NCBI GenBank assembly: GCA_000004985.1
Contig: GG738850.1
DNA from: Naegleria gruberi
Lineage: Eukaryota
Length of the DNA stretch: 64,000 nt
Direction: 5' to 3' (one strand)
Of the stretch, positions 20,935 to 31,445 are shown piece by piece. The position numbers and the translations under genes were made by a program. Position 1 is the stretch's first letter. Each line of letters opens with the position of its first letter. The notes under the pieces were generated by a model. That model was given only the letters and a program-made list of their open reading frames with translations. It searched no databases and was not told the origin of the DNA.

Positions 20935-22840
20935 TTAGAATTGAAAGGAGGCACCCTGAAGGAACATTTGTAACATGTCTTCATTGGAAAGGAATGGATC
21001 AAAATTATCTGAATCGCAATTAGTTGTTGGACTCTCTAAACAACTTGAATTGTTGGTTGGTGTGGTTTTCAAAGTATTTTCCTGTCTCTTGTGGAGAATT
21101 TCCTCAATTTCTGTTATTATCGAATTGTAATCCACTTCCACTCTCTTGTATTTCTTTCCCATTGATTTGAGAGCCGTATAATCCTTTTCTAGAATTTGAT
21201 AATAATCAATTGGAACTATGGCATTATCAAGAGTAACTCCTGTTAATAAATTCTGACGGAGACCCTGTTCAATTTTGTTAACAATTCTCAAATGAACTCT
21301 GGCAGCCATAGCAATGTAGGTCAGTACAACCACTGAAAAGTAGGAAAACAAGTCTTGTTCTGTGAGGAGTGTGATCTTTAAAGCAGCTTCCTCTACTGTT
21401 GGACAGTCGCCATAACCTGCTTTGGTTAAGAGACTGATTTTCACACCATTGGAAATGATGGATTTAAATAATTCAGTTGCTCTTGCCTTAGTTTCATCTG
21501 ATTCTTCATCCTTATCTTTGCAAACCATATGTTTTCTAATAAAAGTTCCTACAACCTCGAATAATCTCAAATGTTCATGATAATTTTCTGGTGTAATTGG
21601 CTGTTGGAGGGCTTTTGCAATCTCTGGTGGAAGCTTCTCAGAGGTGAAATATTCAAAAATCTTTGGAAAGTCCTTAACCATCATGCTTAAACAAAATTCA
21701 TTATTTGATAGGAAAATATCCATCATGAATAGTCCCTTCTTGAATGCCAATTCATTTTGATTCAATTCTTCATCCTTTTTTCCATCAACGTAACATCTTG
21801 CAGCTCCAATATAGAATTTACACAAACTTCTTTTCCCAGATCCAGATTCATAAGAGGCCAGTAACGAATAGGTGCATGCAACATTGAAATTATCAACAAC
21901 AGTGTCAAAAAATGGTGCCAACAAATCTCTAGATTTCTTAATAGAGGCCTCTGCTGTAGAAATTCCAAGTCTTTGCTCAACCAATCCCTTAATAGCATAA
22001 AAGAGGGCATGAATTTCCTTCTTGTCACTTCTTTGTAAAATGTGATCTTCCAACATTTTCCTATCAATTGTTCCATTTTCATGAAGAGAGTAGAAAAATT
22101 CAATCACTTCCTTTTTAGAGAGTTTTTGAGGAGTTTTCTGGTTTAACACATTTGAGGAAGGTTTTGATTTCTTTGTTTTTTGCTGTTGATTATTCTTGTG
22201 ATATCTCATTCTCTTTGGAGTTTTATATTCACATGTAATACCCTTCTCTGAACATCTATCACATATTGGTAATACCTTTGCTGTTAATTTTCAAGAGAAA
22301 AAAAAATAACACCATGTCACATTAACACATATCAGTTATATAACTATAATAAGTAAAAGATAGAAACATACTACAAAACTTGTGAACTTTGCGACATTGT
22401 TCACAAGCAATTGGGTGAAAGTTGGGAGAAGTATCAGTTGTTGCTGTTTCATGTTCATTATCATTGACAGTATTTGCTCCAATACGTTGTTGCTCATTAT
22501 TATTACTGTAATTACTACCACCACTATGATTATGATTATTCGTACTAATAGATGCATTATTGGTTGGATAATTTGTATGATTATACATTGGATTTTGGCT
22601 ATGCCCACTTTGCATCAATCCCGATAAGGAAGATGAAGTTGTTAGTGGGGATGTTGTTGGATACTGAAGAGATTGAAAGTAGGAAAAATCTTGAGGCTCT
22701 CCAATCATGGATAGTCGTGGTAATAGTGAAGAGGATGATGATGGCTGTTGTTGTTGTTGGTGCATTCTTTTTCTTCTTGTTGTAACTGAAGTTATTCTTA
22801 GAGCGCCAATACCGATGATTGGTTGCGGATTTGTCGTCAT
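20935..22840 (-). CDS. Zn(II)2Cys6 binuclear-cluster transcription factor; 2 exons: 22840..22372, 22280..20935
   Basis: ATG at 22840. Exon 1 ends ACEQCRKVHKFC. Donor GTATGT at 22371, a 91-nt intron and acceptor ...TTAACAG at 22281 join to TKVLPICDRCSEKGITCEY. This gives the exact CX2CX6CX6CX2CX6C spacing. The N-terminus is S/N/Q-rich and a 447-aa C-terminal region follows. Confidence 0.8.
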
Positions 22841-22970
22841 TAGAGCTTGTGTGGGTTACGCGTATTGCTTCTTTCTTGGAATGCATTAAGCATCTCAAGA
22901 AGATTATTCAATAAATCACAAAGCCGACTTCCTCTACTTTCGTATATTTCTTTCAAACTCATCCAAAATT

Positions 22971-25241
22971 TTATTGACTAATTTCCATAACCTTCTTGTA
23001 TCTTTCAATGAGTTGAGGTGTAATTGGCCATTTTTCCTTTCCCTTTTCATTTTGTAAAAAGTAGACATGAGTTGGGAATGGCAGAGTCCAATAACGTTTC
23101 TCATTCTCTTTAAAGTGTTGCATACCAATGACATATTCGTGTTTTCCTTGCTCGGCTAATAAGTGACCCGTACAGAGTGGTGTCGAATCTGGATGAAGCA
23201 TTCTGCCATACTCTGTATCAGTCCACTCTGGTACGAATACTGCAAAAGAAAGAGGTTCGTCTGAGGCTTTCAATAATTGTAAGCAGTATTCTGCAGTCTT
23301 GTTCATGACTTCCAGTGTATATGGAGGTCCACATTCAAAGAAACCTTGAGTAGGTCTAAATTCAAAGAATGATCCTCTCGATCCAAAATAAACATCCGTA
23401 TCAGGGAAAGCACTGCAAAATGAGCTAAAGTAACAATTAATTGGGGAAGCAAAGCATTCGTGACAAACATTGAATTCCTTATAGAGAAATTCAAATCCCT
23501 TCTCAGGTAAAGCTGCATGGAAATTTGCACCTTCTTCACTCTCAGAATCACCAAAAAAGGTTTGATATCTTCTCAATAATGCATAGAGTCTATATGGGAA
23601 AATCTTTAAATCTGGATCAATTTCTTGATTGTGCTTTTGATAGAGCAATCTCAACTTGTTAAAATGTACCAAGTTCAATTTAAATGAATCAACAACAGTT
23701 CCTTCACTATACAATTCTACTATACAGAGTGGTTCAGAATCATTCTCAATATATTCTAATTTAATTAACCATTCACTTTCAGAGAGTGGTTTCCTAGTTG
23801 AGATGAGTTCATCCAATTCTTGTGTAATCTTCTTGGAATGTTCAACGAGACGAGCACAAACCTCATCTACTCGTTCCTTAAGGGCATCCTTGAAGAGTGA
23901 TGTACAATTGCTTGTCAAGTCCTTTTGCTTTTGCTCAAGGGTTGCCAAGTCAAATTTATGCCTAGAATTTTGATCCAAAAATTCTTTCAATTCTTTCAAT
24001 TCTTGTCCAATCTTTTCACAAATTTCTCTTCCAGTATCATTTGTTGTATCTAATTCTGCAAAGAACCTCTTGATTTTTTGTAACCAATCCAATCCATTCA
24101 TATAATAGCTGTCAAGAGATTTTGAGGCTTGAGCAATTCCTCTGCATCTGAGTCTACTTGGAATTTCAGAATAGATTTCTGCCTTTAAAACAGGACTTTC
24201 AATGGCAAATTCAGGTCTCTTTAAGAGTGAATCATGTGTTGATTGCTTTTCCACAACTGCTGTTCCATTTTCATCAACTAGTTGATTGTTAACAGAGGAT
24301 AATTGTTCAAAGAGCCATCTATTCAGAGATTCTTTAGGTGCTTCCAAACCAAAAAGTAATTCTTTCACATCATCCTCATAGAGATTTCTCAACTCTTTGA
24401 TTTTTTTGAATCTATGATATTCAATAAAGGATGCAAAAGGAGCATTACTGGTACCTTCCTTCTCAGCTGTTTCAAAGAATCGTTTACGTTGCTCATCACC
24501 ATTAGATTTCATATCCGTGTCAGTATATTGATGAGAAAAATTCCAAATCGGAATATTATTTCTGAGAGGAACCTTGTCATCATGAGCTTTAATATTTAAA
24601 GTGTTGGAATCTAATCCTTGAGGAATGGCCTTGTTATATGATGATTGGTTGTTGTTATTGTATTTTCTATTCTTTGATCTATCATAATTATTACTATTAG
24701 AACGATCATTACGATCATTACGTGGTCTATAATCATTTCTATTTTCATTTCTATTATCATTTCTATTGTCGTAATCACGTCTCTTTCTATTATCGTTTCT
24801 ATCATTCCTATCATTTCTATCTGATGAACGTGAATAATTATCATGATAGGATCTATTACTATAACTATTACTCGATGGTTGTTGATAATATTGATTATTA
24901 TCCCTACTAGAATATTGATTATCCCGTGGAGGAGCATAATAACCACCATATTGTTGAGGTGGAGGAGGATGATTATTTACATTTCCATAATGACCCATCT
25001 GGGGTGAAGGTCTTGCAGCAGGTGGTGTATAATGGCCTCCGTAAGCTTGCTCAAAATCACGAACATGCTGTTGTGGTGGTGGAGGATTTGGATTGTAGTA
25101 ATAATTATTGCCTCCTTGAGCTCCTACATAGCCATATTGTTGCTGTTGTTGTTGTTGTGGATGATGGTGATGTGGAGGACGACCCGAACCACCAGAAGAA
25201 TTATTGTTGTAGTATGGATTTTGGTGGTGATTATTACTCAT
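22971..25241 (-). CDS. PCIF1/CAPAM-like (cap-specific adenosine N6-methyltransferase family) protein with Q/N/Y/R-rich N-terminus; catalytic tetrad reads GPPY instead of NPPF
   Basis: ATG at 25241. The C-terminal part matches human PCIF1 over ECFASPLNCYF..YCSAFPDTDGYFGSRG...ANPPF...EPLSFIVFIPEW (here ECFASPINCYFSSFCSAFPDTDVYFGSRG...ECGPPYT...EPLSFAVFVPEW). The N-terminal 250 aa are low complexity with RNDRND repeats. Confidence 0.7.
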   Translation of the reverse strand: MSNNHHQNPYYNNNSSGGSGRPPHHHHPQQQQQQQYGYVGAQGGNNYYYNPNPPPPQQHVRDFEQAYGGHYTPPAARPSPQMGHYGNVNNHPPPPQQYGGYYAPPRDNQYSSRDNNQYYQQPSSNSYSNRSYHDNYSRSSDRNDRNDRNDNRKRRDYDNRNDNRNENRNDYRPRNDRNDRSNSNNYDRSKNRKYNNNNQSSYNKAIPQGLDSNTLNIKAHDDKVPLRNNIPIWNFSHQYTDTDMKSNGDEQRKRFFETAEKEGTSNAPFASFIEYHRFKKIKELRNLYEDDVKELLFGLEAPKESLNRWLFEQLSSVNNQLVDENGTAVVEKQSTHDSLLKRPEFAIESPVLKAEIYSEIPSRLRCRGIAQASKSLDSYYMNGLDWLQKIKRFFAELDTTNDTGREICEKIGQELKELKEFLDQNSRHKFDLATLEQKQKDLTSNCTSLFKDALKERVDEVCARLVEHSKKITQELDELISTRKPLSESEWLIKLEYIENDSEPLCIVELYSEGTVVDSFKLNLVHFNKLRLLYQKHNQEIDPDLKIFPYRLYALLRRYQTFFGDSESEEGANFHAALPEKGFEFLYKEFNVCHECFASPINCYFSSFCSAFPDTDVYFGSRGSFFEFRPTQGFFECGPPYTLEVMNKTAEYCLQLLKASDEPLSFAVFVPEWTDTEYGRMLHPDSTPLCTGHLLAEQGKHEYVIGMQHFKENEKRYWTLPFPTHVYFLQNEKGKEKWPITPQLIERYKKVMEISQ

Positions 25242-25827
25242 ATTTTTTAAAATGTTGTCAAAGTCTTTTTTTAGCTCATCACGAATTATTTTTATTATTT
25301 TTAATTATTTCATTTTGTAAAGTTTAGATGAGATCGGAATTCATAACAATTGATAACATGAATAGCATTCAGATACAACAATTCTAAAAGATTTGAAAGA
25401 TCTCTCAGAATTTATTGTAAAACCTTAATGAAAATCCTCAAATTTTACCATTCATCCTCAATTTGGAACTACCTCAATCTAGAATTTCATCCCACAATAA
25501 GGAACAACCAACAAACCTTTGATTTACCGTCCATTTCAAGAACTTCCATTGTAAAGACACTTCCAAAAATCTTCAATTTTAAACTATTAATACATTGTAC
25601 AGCGATCATCATTTCATGCACGACTTTGATTTATCATCTTAAAAAAATAGAGTTTCATCTCCGACAAGAGATTTACATCGAGGAAGATCTGCATCTGAGG
25701 AGGGATTGTGTTTCTAGGATTTCCCTTTATTCTTGTTATTTTCATTGTTATTGTTGTTTTTTAAATTATTTAAAATATATATAGATCGGTTATTGTACAT
25801 AATATACATAAATATAGAGTGAGAAAC

Positions 25828-26988
25828 ATGTTGAATCGTTTCAGAATAAGAAGGTTTTTTAATAATATTAATTATTATTATTTGGGAATTATTTGTTGTT
25901 TGATGATGGCAATGATCGGAGGAGTGATGGCACAGAGTGGAGGAGAGTTTATTCATCCACATGGGCATCATCATGATCATTACAAGGTTCTAAATCATAG
26001 TGTGGCTCTACTTTTTGAGGGAAGAGAAAAGGAATCCTTCTTTTCCATTCCAGAGGAAAGAACCAAGCTGATTGCCATGATTAAACCAGAACTTGAAATT
26101 CATACTGATGTTTATGATATTTATATTAGGACAACTTTGTATTCATATATTGCTTTCACAATATCTTATTTGGTGTTGAGAATGATTATTGTTCCGAGCT
26201 TGTTAAAGTTGCTTGGAAAGAGTTATGTTGAATATTTTCAAAAGAGTGTTACACCATACGAAAAGGCACATCACAGTCAAGTTGCCCTAAGCTTTGCTCA
26301 TGCCATTATTGCAACTGTTGGATCATATTATTGTACTATTCATATTTATGGAATGGATTTGTTGAATTTTGCATTGCAAAATGCATACAATCAACCATTC
26401 GATTTGGAGATTTTCAAAACTAGACATTGGTTCTTGGCAATTACATTGGGATACTTTATTGCTGATTTGACATTTTACTTTTTCAATCACTTTCATCCAT
26501 TCTCTCCGAACGATCAAAATTCCCTTTCACATGTTCTTGGTGTCATGATTAAGCAAGCATTCAGTTTGGATTTGCTTCATCACTATATCAGTTGCTTGGC
26601 TTACGTTTACTTCTTCTCGATCAATGTTGGAAGCTTTTTGATCATTTCATTCGAGATTAATGAAATTAGTACACCATTCTTACATGTGAGATATTATGCT
26701 AGACAGTGGGAACAAACCAGCAAATGGTGGTATCACTTGAATCAAGCTTGCTTTGTAGTCACATTCTTTGTTTCAAGAATTCTTTACAATGGCGTATTGA
26801 TGTATTTTGTGTTTTGGTCACAATTCCACAGATCTGTTCTCTTCCCAGTATTACAAGTTGACAGCACTGCACTCATTTCATCCTTTGTTTTCCCAATTCT
26901 TTATTATGGAGTTCAATGTTTGTGGTGGATTGCCATCTCTAAAATTATTATTGGAAAGATTACTGGAGCCAAGCAAAAGGAAGAATAA
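25828..26988 (+). CDS. TLC-domain (TRAM/LAG1/CLN8 homology) multi-pass membrane protein
   Basis: First ATG at 25828; the track start at 25819 is GTG. There are 6-7 hydrophobic helices. The conserved HH pair and the ISTPFLHVRYY segment are typical of TLC domains. Confidence 0.65.
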   Translation: MLNRFRIRRFFNNINYYYLGIICCLMMAMIGGVMAQSGGEFIHPHGHHHDHYKVLNHSVALLFEGREKESFFSIPEERTKLIAMIKPELEIHTDVYDIYIRTTLYSYIAFTISYLVLRMIIVPSLLKLLGKSYVEYFQKSVTPYEKAHHSQVALSFAHAIIATVGSYYCTIHIYGMDLLNFALQNAYNQPFDLEIFKTRHWFLAITLGYFIADLTFYFFNHFHPFSPNDQNSLSHVLGVMIKQAFSLDLLHHYISCLAYVYFFSINVGSFLIISFEINEISTPFLHVRYYARQWEQTSKWWYHLNQACFVVTFFVSRILYNGVLMYFVFWSQFHRSVLFPVLQVDSTALISSFVFPILYYGVQCLWWIAISKIIIGKITGAKQKEE

Positions 26989-28104
26989 TTTATTTTGTAA
27001 ATTAAAATTGTACATAAAATCACTTTTAATGAACTCTAGTGATTAGTGATAGACAGTCAACCAAAATATGATAACTAGAAATATATTACAACCTTTATTC
27101 TATAGGATAGAATTGAATCCTGTTTATTGAGGCAAATTAATTACTGGATTCTTTTCAATTAAAAATTGTCTTCAATGAATTCTATAACAATGGAGATCAC
27201 GACAATATCTTTATTCCGTATTCAAAAGACACGTATTCCATTCGGAAGGATTAAAGATATCCAATTTCAGATTCTGTTAATTGGATGTTCTCGGTAGGAC
27301 TCATTTTGAAATCCAACTTCTGCTTTCCCAATTACTCCTCTGACTAAATTGGAAATTTATTGCAAACTATCTCTAATGCTTAAAGCCGTTTCAGAAATGT
27401 ATGAGTAAACATACAATTCTGACTTGAAACTATTCGAAAGGATCACCTCATAACGATTTCAATCAATTCTCGAATGCTTTCTGTAAGAAAGCTGTCGATT
27501 TTCATCATGTATTGAAGGTGTATATCAAGCAATCGAAAGTCCTCATGGCCTCTCTCTAAACAACATTCACATTCCCAACCATTAATACACCATGATGTTG
27601 TATCTGATTGTAGACTAATCTCAATATCTTCTAATTCAAAGAAGTGAAACGAACTAAACACAAGTCCTAACACGCAAAAGACGATTTGCATTATGACCTG
27701 TATGATGTTTTTTTTGTGGAATGAAATCAACATTGCACCACATTGGACTGTTCCAGGTTGGTTTCGAAGAAGGCCACGCAGCAACTTCCTTTCTGAGAAA
27801 GATTCCCTTGATCTCAACATGGGATAGAGTGGACAAACAATTAAGTACATGCTCAAAATCCCTTATAACTCCGTTACTTAATATCCACACACCAATATCG
27901 TCATCACCAACAAACTTGTTTTGTGACTCTTATTTCTCTTCCTATTCTCCATTCTCCATTCTCCATTGTCTTAGACATACAAAAACACACCAAGTAAGAT
28001 CAATGAAATTCTTCCTTCGAACATGAAGTGTGAACATTTTATATTACTGTAGTTGTAAATTATTTACAGTTGGGATCAAATTGATACAATCTTTTTACAA
28101 AAAA

Positions 28105-28910
28105 ATGCCTCGATTGATTGGTTGGATGAAACAATCACCTAGTAGGAATAACCAACAAGAAGCTGCGGATGATATTTCACAAGTTGTTTCAAAGTCGATA
28201 TCGGAAAGTTTAATTTCCACATCGGAAACAGTAGTGGAAAGTACTACCATCAAGAAATCTAATTCTACATGTATTATTGTCAAGACATCTTCTGATCTTT
28301 TTCTTGATGAAATTTCAATTCATATTGCTGAATATTTGGATTTGAAAAATTTAAATTCTTTTGCTCGAGTTGACTCGAATTTATTGAAATTATTATTTAA
28401 TAGACAAGTTAATGAAACAAAACCTATCAATTATGTATTGGACGAAAATTCAGATTTTGAAAGGATTCAATAATTAATTTGGAAACCTCTTGTTTTTCGT
28501 CATTTTCCCAATTTTGGAAAACAGTTAAATGTAAAAAATTGGATTCATGTTTTACAACGTAGATTAAGGCACATTAAAATCCACAAAAACAAATCATCTC
28601 ACTCATTCCAAATTCCCACTCCATCCTTTGCCAAAACAGTTGAAGATCAGAAATTTATTGAAAATTGTGAATGGATTTACAAATGCCCGCTGTCATTCAA
28701 ATCTCTAAAAGCTGATCCACAAGAATTAAATCTTTCTCATTGTAATGTTTGTAATAGAGAGGTGCATTTGGTTCATAACATGATTGAAATGAAATCCAAC
28801 TTAATGAAAGGAAATTGTGTTGCTTACTCAACTAAACCAATGATACCAGTAATGTTGGGATATATTGCACCACCTATTCCTCCACCATTACCACCACCTC
28901 CACCTGGTTG
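28105..28910 (+). pseudogene. F-box-like plus C-terminal Cys-rich protein, paralog 1, with in-frame TAA at 28471-28473
   Basis: ATG at 28105. The F-box-like motif is LFLDEISIHIAEYLDLKNLNSFARVDSNLLKLLFN. After DFERIQ a TAA is followed in frame by LIWKPLVFRHFPNFG...CEWIYKCPL...CNVCNREV...GNCVAY...PPPPPG. Paralog 2 has Thr (ACT) at the TAA position. Confidence 0.5.
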
Positions 28911-29018
28911 AAAATTCCATCATGTAATTTTTCATGTTCTGTAAAGTTCTTCCTTTTTTATTATAGTAATTCTTGTTGATAAGTGACAGGTTGAGTAACA
29001 TTTACTATCCATCAAGAT

Positions 29019-29746
29019 TTTGAAAGAAAATCGAACATACTACTGAATCAGATAAAAAAAGTGTTGGTATTAGAGAGCCACTTTCTAATATCTTTCTTGA
29101 GGAGATTGCTGTTTATGGGCAGTTTTTAGAGTTGAAGGATTTGAATAGTTTCGCTCAGGCAGATTCGAATACATTTAACCTATTTTTTAATAGAAATTTG
29201 AAGGATAAACAATCAAAGAATGTTGAATATGAAACAGATGAAATAATGGATTTTGAAAGAATTCAAACTTTGATTTGGAAACCTTTAGTTTTTCATTATT
29301 TCCCCAAATTTGGTGAAAAGCTGAATGTTAAAAATTATTTACACGTTTTGAGGAGAAGAATTCAATACATAAACCTTGGGAAACCACAACACATTAAAAT
29401 TGAAACTCCACAATTCACCAAAACAGTAGAAGATCAGCAATACATTGAAAATTGTGAATGGATTTACAAATGTCCACTGGAATATGACACTTTGAACACA
29501 ATGTTCTCTCACAATGATAGGAAGTTTTGCGAAGTATGTCAGAAGGATGTTTATCTAGTCGATGATATGTCAAATTTCAAGACACAAATCACTCAAGGAA
29601 ATTGTGTTGCTTACTCACCAAATCCAATCAAGAATATTCCAAGGCTTGTTGGTTCCATGGCTCCTCCAAGACCATTTATTATTCCTAATAATATCAACAC
29701 GACTCTTGTACCACCACCCCAAATCAATAGAATTTCCAAGAAATAA
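29019..29746 (+). CDS. F-box-like plus C-terminal Cys-rich protein, paralog 2 (tandem duplicate); no in-frame ATG at its 5' end
   Basis: The open frame runs from 29019. The track 'M' at 29132 is TTG. It aligns with paralog 1 from the F-box-like motif (IFLEEIAVYGQFLELKDLNSFAQADSN) through DFERIQTLIWKPLVFHYFPKFG and CEWIYKCPL to the Cys-rich tail. It may be truncated or use an upstream exon. Confidence 0.45.
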
Positions 29747-29978
29747 TACTTTTTACAATTTTCAATATTTCTCTCAACATTCTTATCCTAAACACACTCC
29801 TTTACTACTTCAAATTTATTAAGTCTGAAGTGATGGTGGCCTAATAAGAACTGGAAAGTTAGGAAAATAGTCATTCTCGTCATTGTCAATTGTTCAATTA
29901 TCAGAATTCAAAAAAGATCAATATCTTGGAAACCATCATCAAGCAGTGAACGCCTTATTGTACAATAAATTAGAATTT

Positions 29979-30905
29979 TCATTTCTTATCAACTCGAGAC
30001 ATTTGAATTTGAATGGATGGAGAAACCCAAATACCACAAGAACATTGAGATCCACTCCACTTGTAAGCTCCAACTCTGTGTCCACATTTACAGAAAATTC
30101 TTCCTTCATCGCCATCCATTGAACCCATCCAATCTATCTTTTCTCCCAAATAGAGAGAAGTACAATTCTTTGAAGTCTTTGAAACTCCTCTCTTGGCATC
30201 CTTTCTCAATTTCTTATATTCAAAATCTTTGAGTCCTCTCTTCTCCGAAGGAGAATGTTCAATCAATTCACCTGTTGAGAATAATTTCAATCTACAAATT
30301 TGACAATAGTATTCGGCATTGGCTTCCTTCTTTTCGTTAATGTAAAATCTCAATTGTTCAACAAAGATTGGAGAAAGCCAATCATGAAGACTTTCCTCAA
30401 GATTTTCAGGTCTCAATCTTTCATGAATAAATTCAATACTCTTTTCAATTGTTAGCTTCTTCTCCTCGGTTAAGTAAAAAGCCAAAGCAACTACACAAGG
30501 GCTATAATCAGTCTCATAGTCAGTTCTTATTAAAATTCCAAATGGTTTATCATCGGTTTTACACTTGAAGGCTTGAACAAGAAAATTTAAACAGCCTTCC
30601 ATAAAATCAGGCACAGATTCTGTTGTTTCCAAAGAGCCAACAATACTTCCATACGAGAGAAGACAATGAATAATATCATGTTGTTTTTTAGTATTATTAC
30701 TATTTGGTGTTTGTTCATTTACTATTGGTTTATCATGAACCAAAGAAAGGACATGAGTGATGGAGTGTTCCTTTAAATTCTTAGCTAATGTACTATCAAT
30801 TTCTGACAAGCCAACAACAGCCACGGAATGATGGTTTGCCATGTAAATACTGCTGGTGATTTTGACACCAATCATGGAAGCAGGAGTTTCAGACATTTTT
30901 TTCAT
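29979..30905 (-). CDS. DUSP12/Yvh1-like protein with C-terminal zinc-binding domain; phosphatase catalytic loop degenerate (no HCxxGxxRS)
   Basis: First ATG at 30905; the track start at 30929 is GTG. The C-terminus (YCQICRLKLF...RIFCKCGHRVGAYKWSGSQCSCGIWVSPSIQIQMSRVD) aligns with the human DUSP12 zinc domain (LYRCRKCRRSLF...LLCPKCSAKLGSFNWYGEQCSCGRWITPAFQIHKNRVDE). The position equivalent to VLVHCHAGVSRS reads ILIRTDYETDYS. Confidence 0.65.
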   Translation of the reverse strand: MKKMSETPASMIGVKITSSIYMANHHSVAVVGLSEIDSTLAKNLKEHSITHVLSLVHDKPIVNEQTPNSNNTKKQHDIIHCLLSYGSIVGSLETTESVPDFMEGCLNFLVQAFKCKTDDKPFGILIRTDYETDYSPCVVALAFYLTEEKKLTIEKSIEFIHERLRPENLEESLHDWLSPIFVEQLRFYINEKKEANAEYYCQICRLKLFSTGELIEHSPSEKRGLKDFEYKKLRKDAKRGVSKTSKNCTSLYLGEKIDWMGSMDGDEGRIFCKCGHRVGAYKWSGSQCSCGIWVSPSIQIQMSRVDKK

Positions 30906-31445
30906 AAGTTCAAACAAAATTTTAACCACAACAATCTAGGAAGCTAAGGATCTAGATACTTGGTAATATATTATCTTGTAATATTTGTCATCAGCAATGG
31001 ACCTGTTATATCCTAGCAAAACAATTTAAATACAAAATTTTCTTATTTCCATCGATAGATTTGAGAAAATACGCGATATTCTATCGCCAGAGAAAAAAAG
31101 CTTTTTTTTGAGATGTGTCGCGCATGTGGTCGCTTGCGCAAAATTACTTGTGTGCTGCATAAACTCCAGTTAATGTTTTGAAAAAATATTTGCCAATCAA
31201 ACTCATCAAATCCCGCAAACATCAATTCTCTCTCTTCATCGCGCAGTTGATAATTGTTGGTTATTAAACTTGGACAACAACTTGTTTATATTGAGAGGAG
31301 TCAAACAATTTGATTAAATTGATAATTATCAACACTACCTCAATAACATTTAGGGAATCATCATCAAAATATTGGTTTTTATTGTAGATAGAAATAATTT
31401 GATAATATTACTACTCTTTCTAGTATTATTTCATAGCAAAACATC

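Larger units (their letters stand above)
28100..29750. repeat. Tandem segmental duplication (two about 750-800 bp paralogous gene copies, head to tail)
   Basis: The DNA around the DFERIQ and CEWIYKCP segments is nearly identical in the two copies. Confidence 0.6.

Noticed and set aside
24611-25327. Several 60-130 aa ORFs on both strands (24611-24949, 24722-24910, 24926-25327, 25032-25250)
   Set aside because: They are alternate frames of the poly-Q/N/Y/R-repeat N-terminal exon of the PCIF1-like gene and arise as repeat-driven artefacts.
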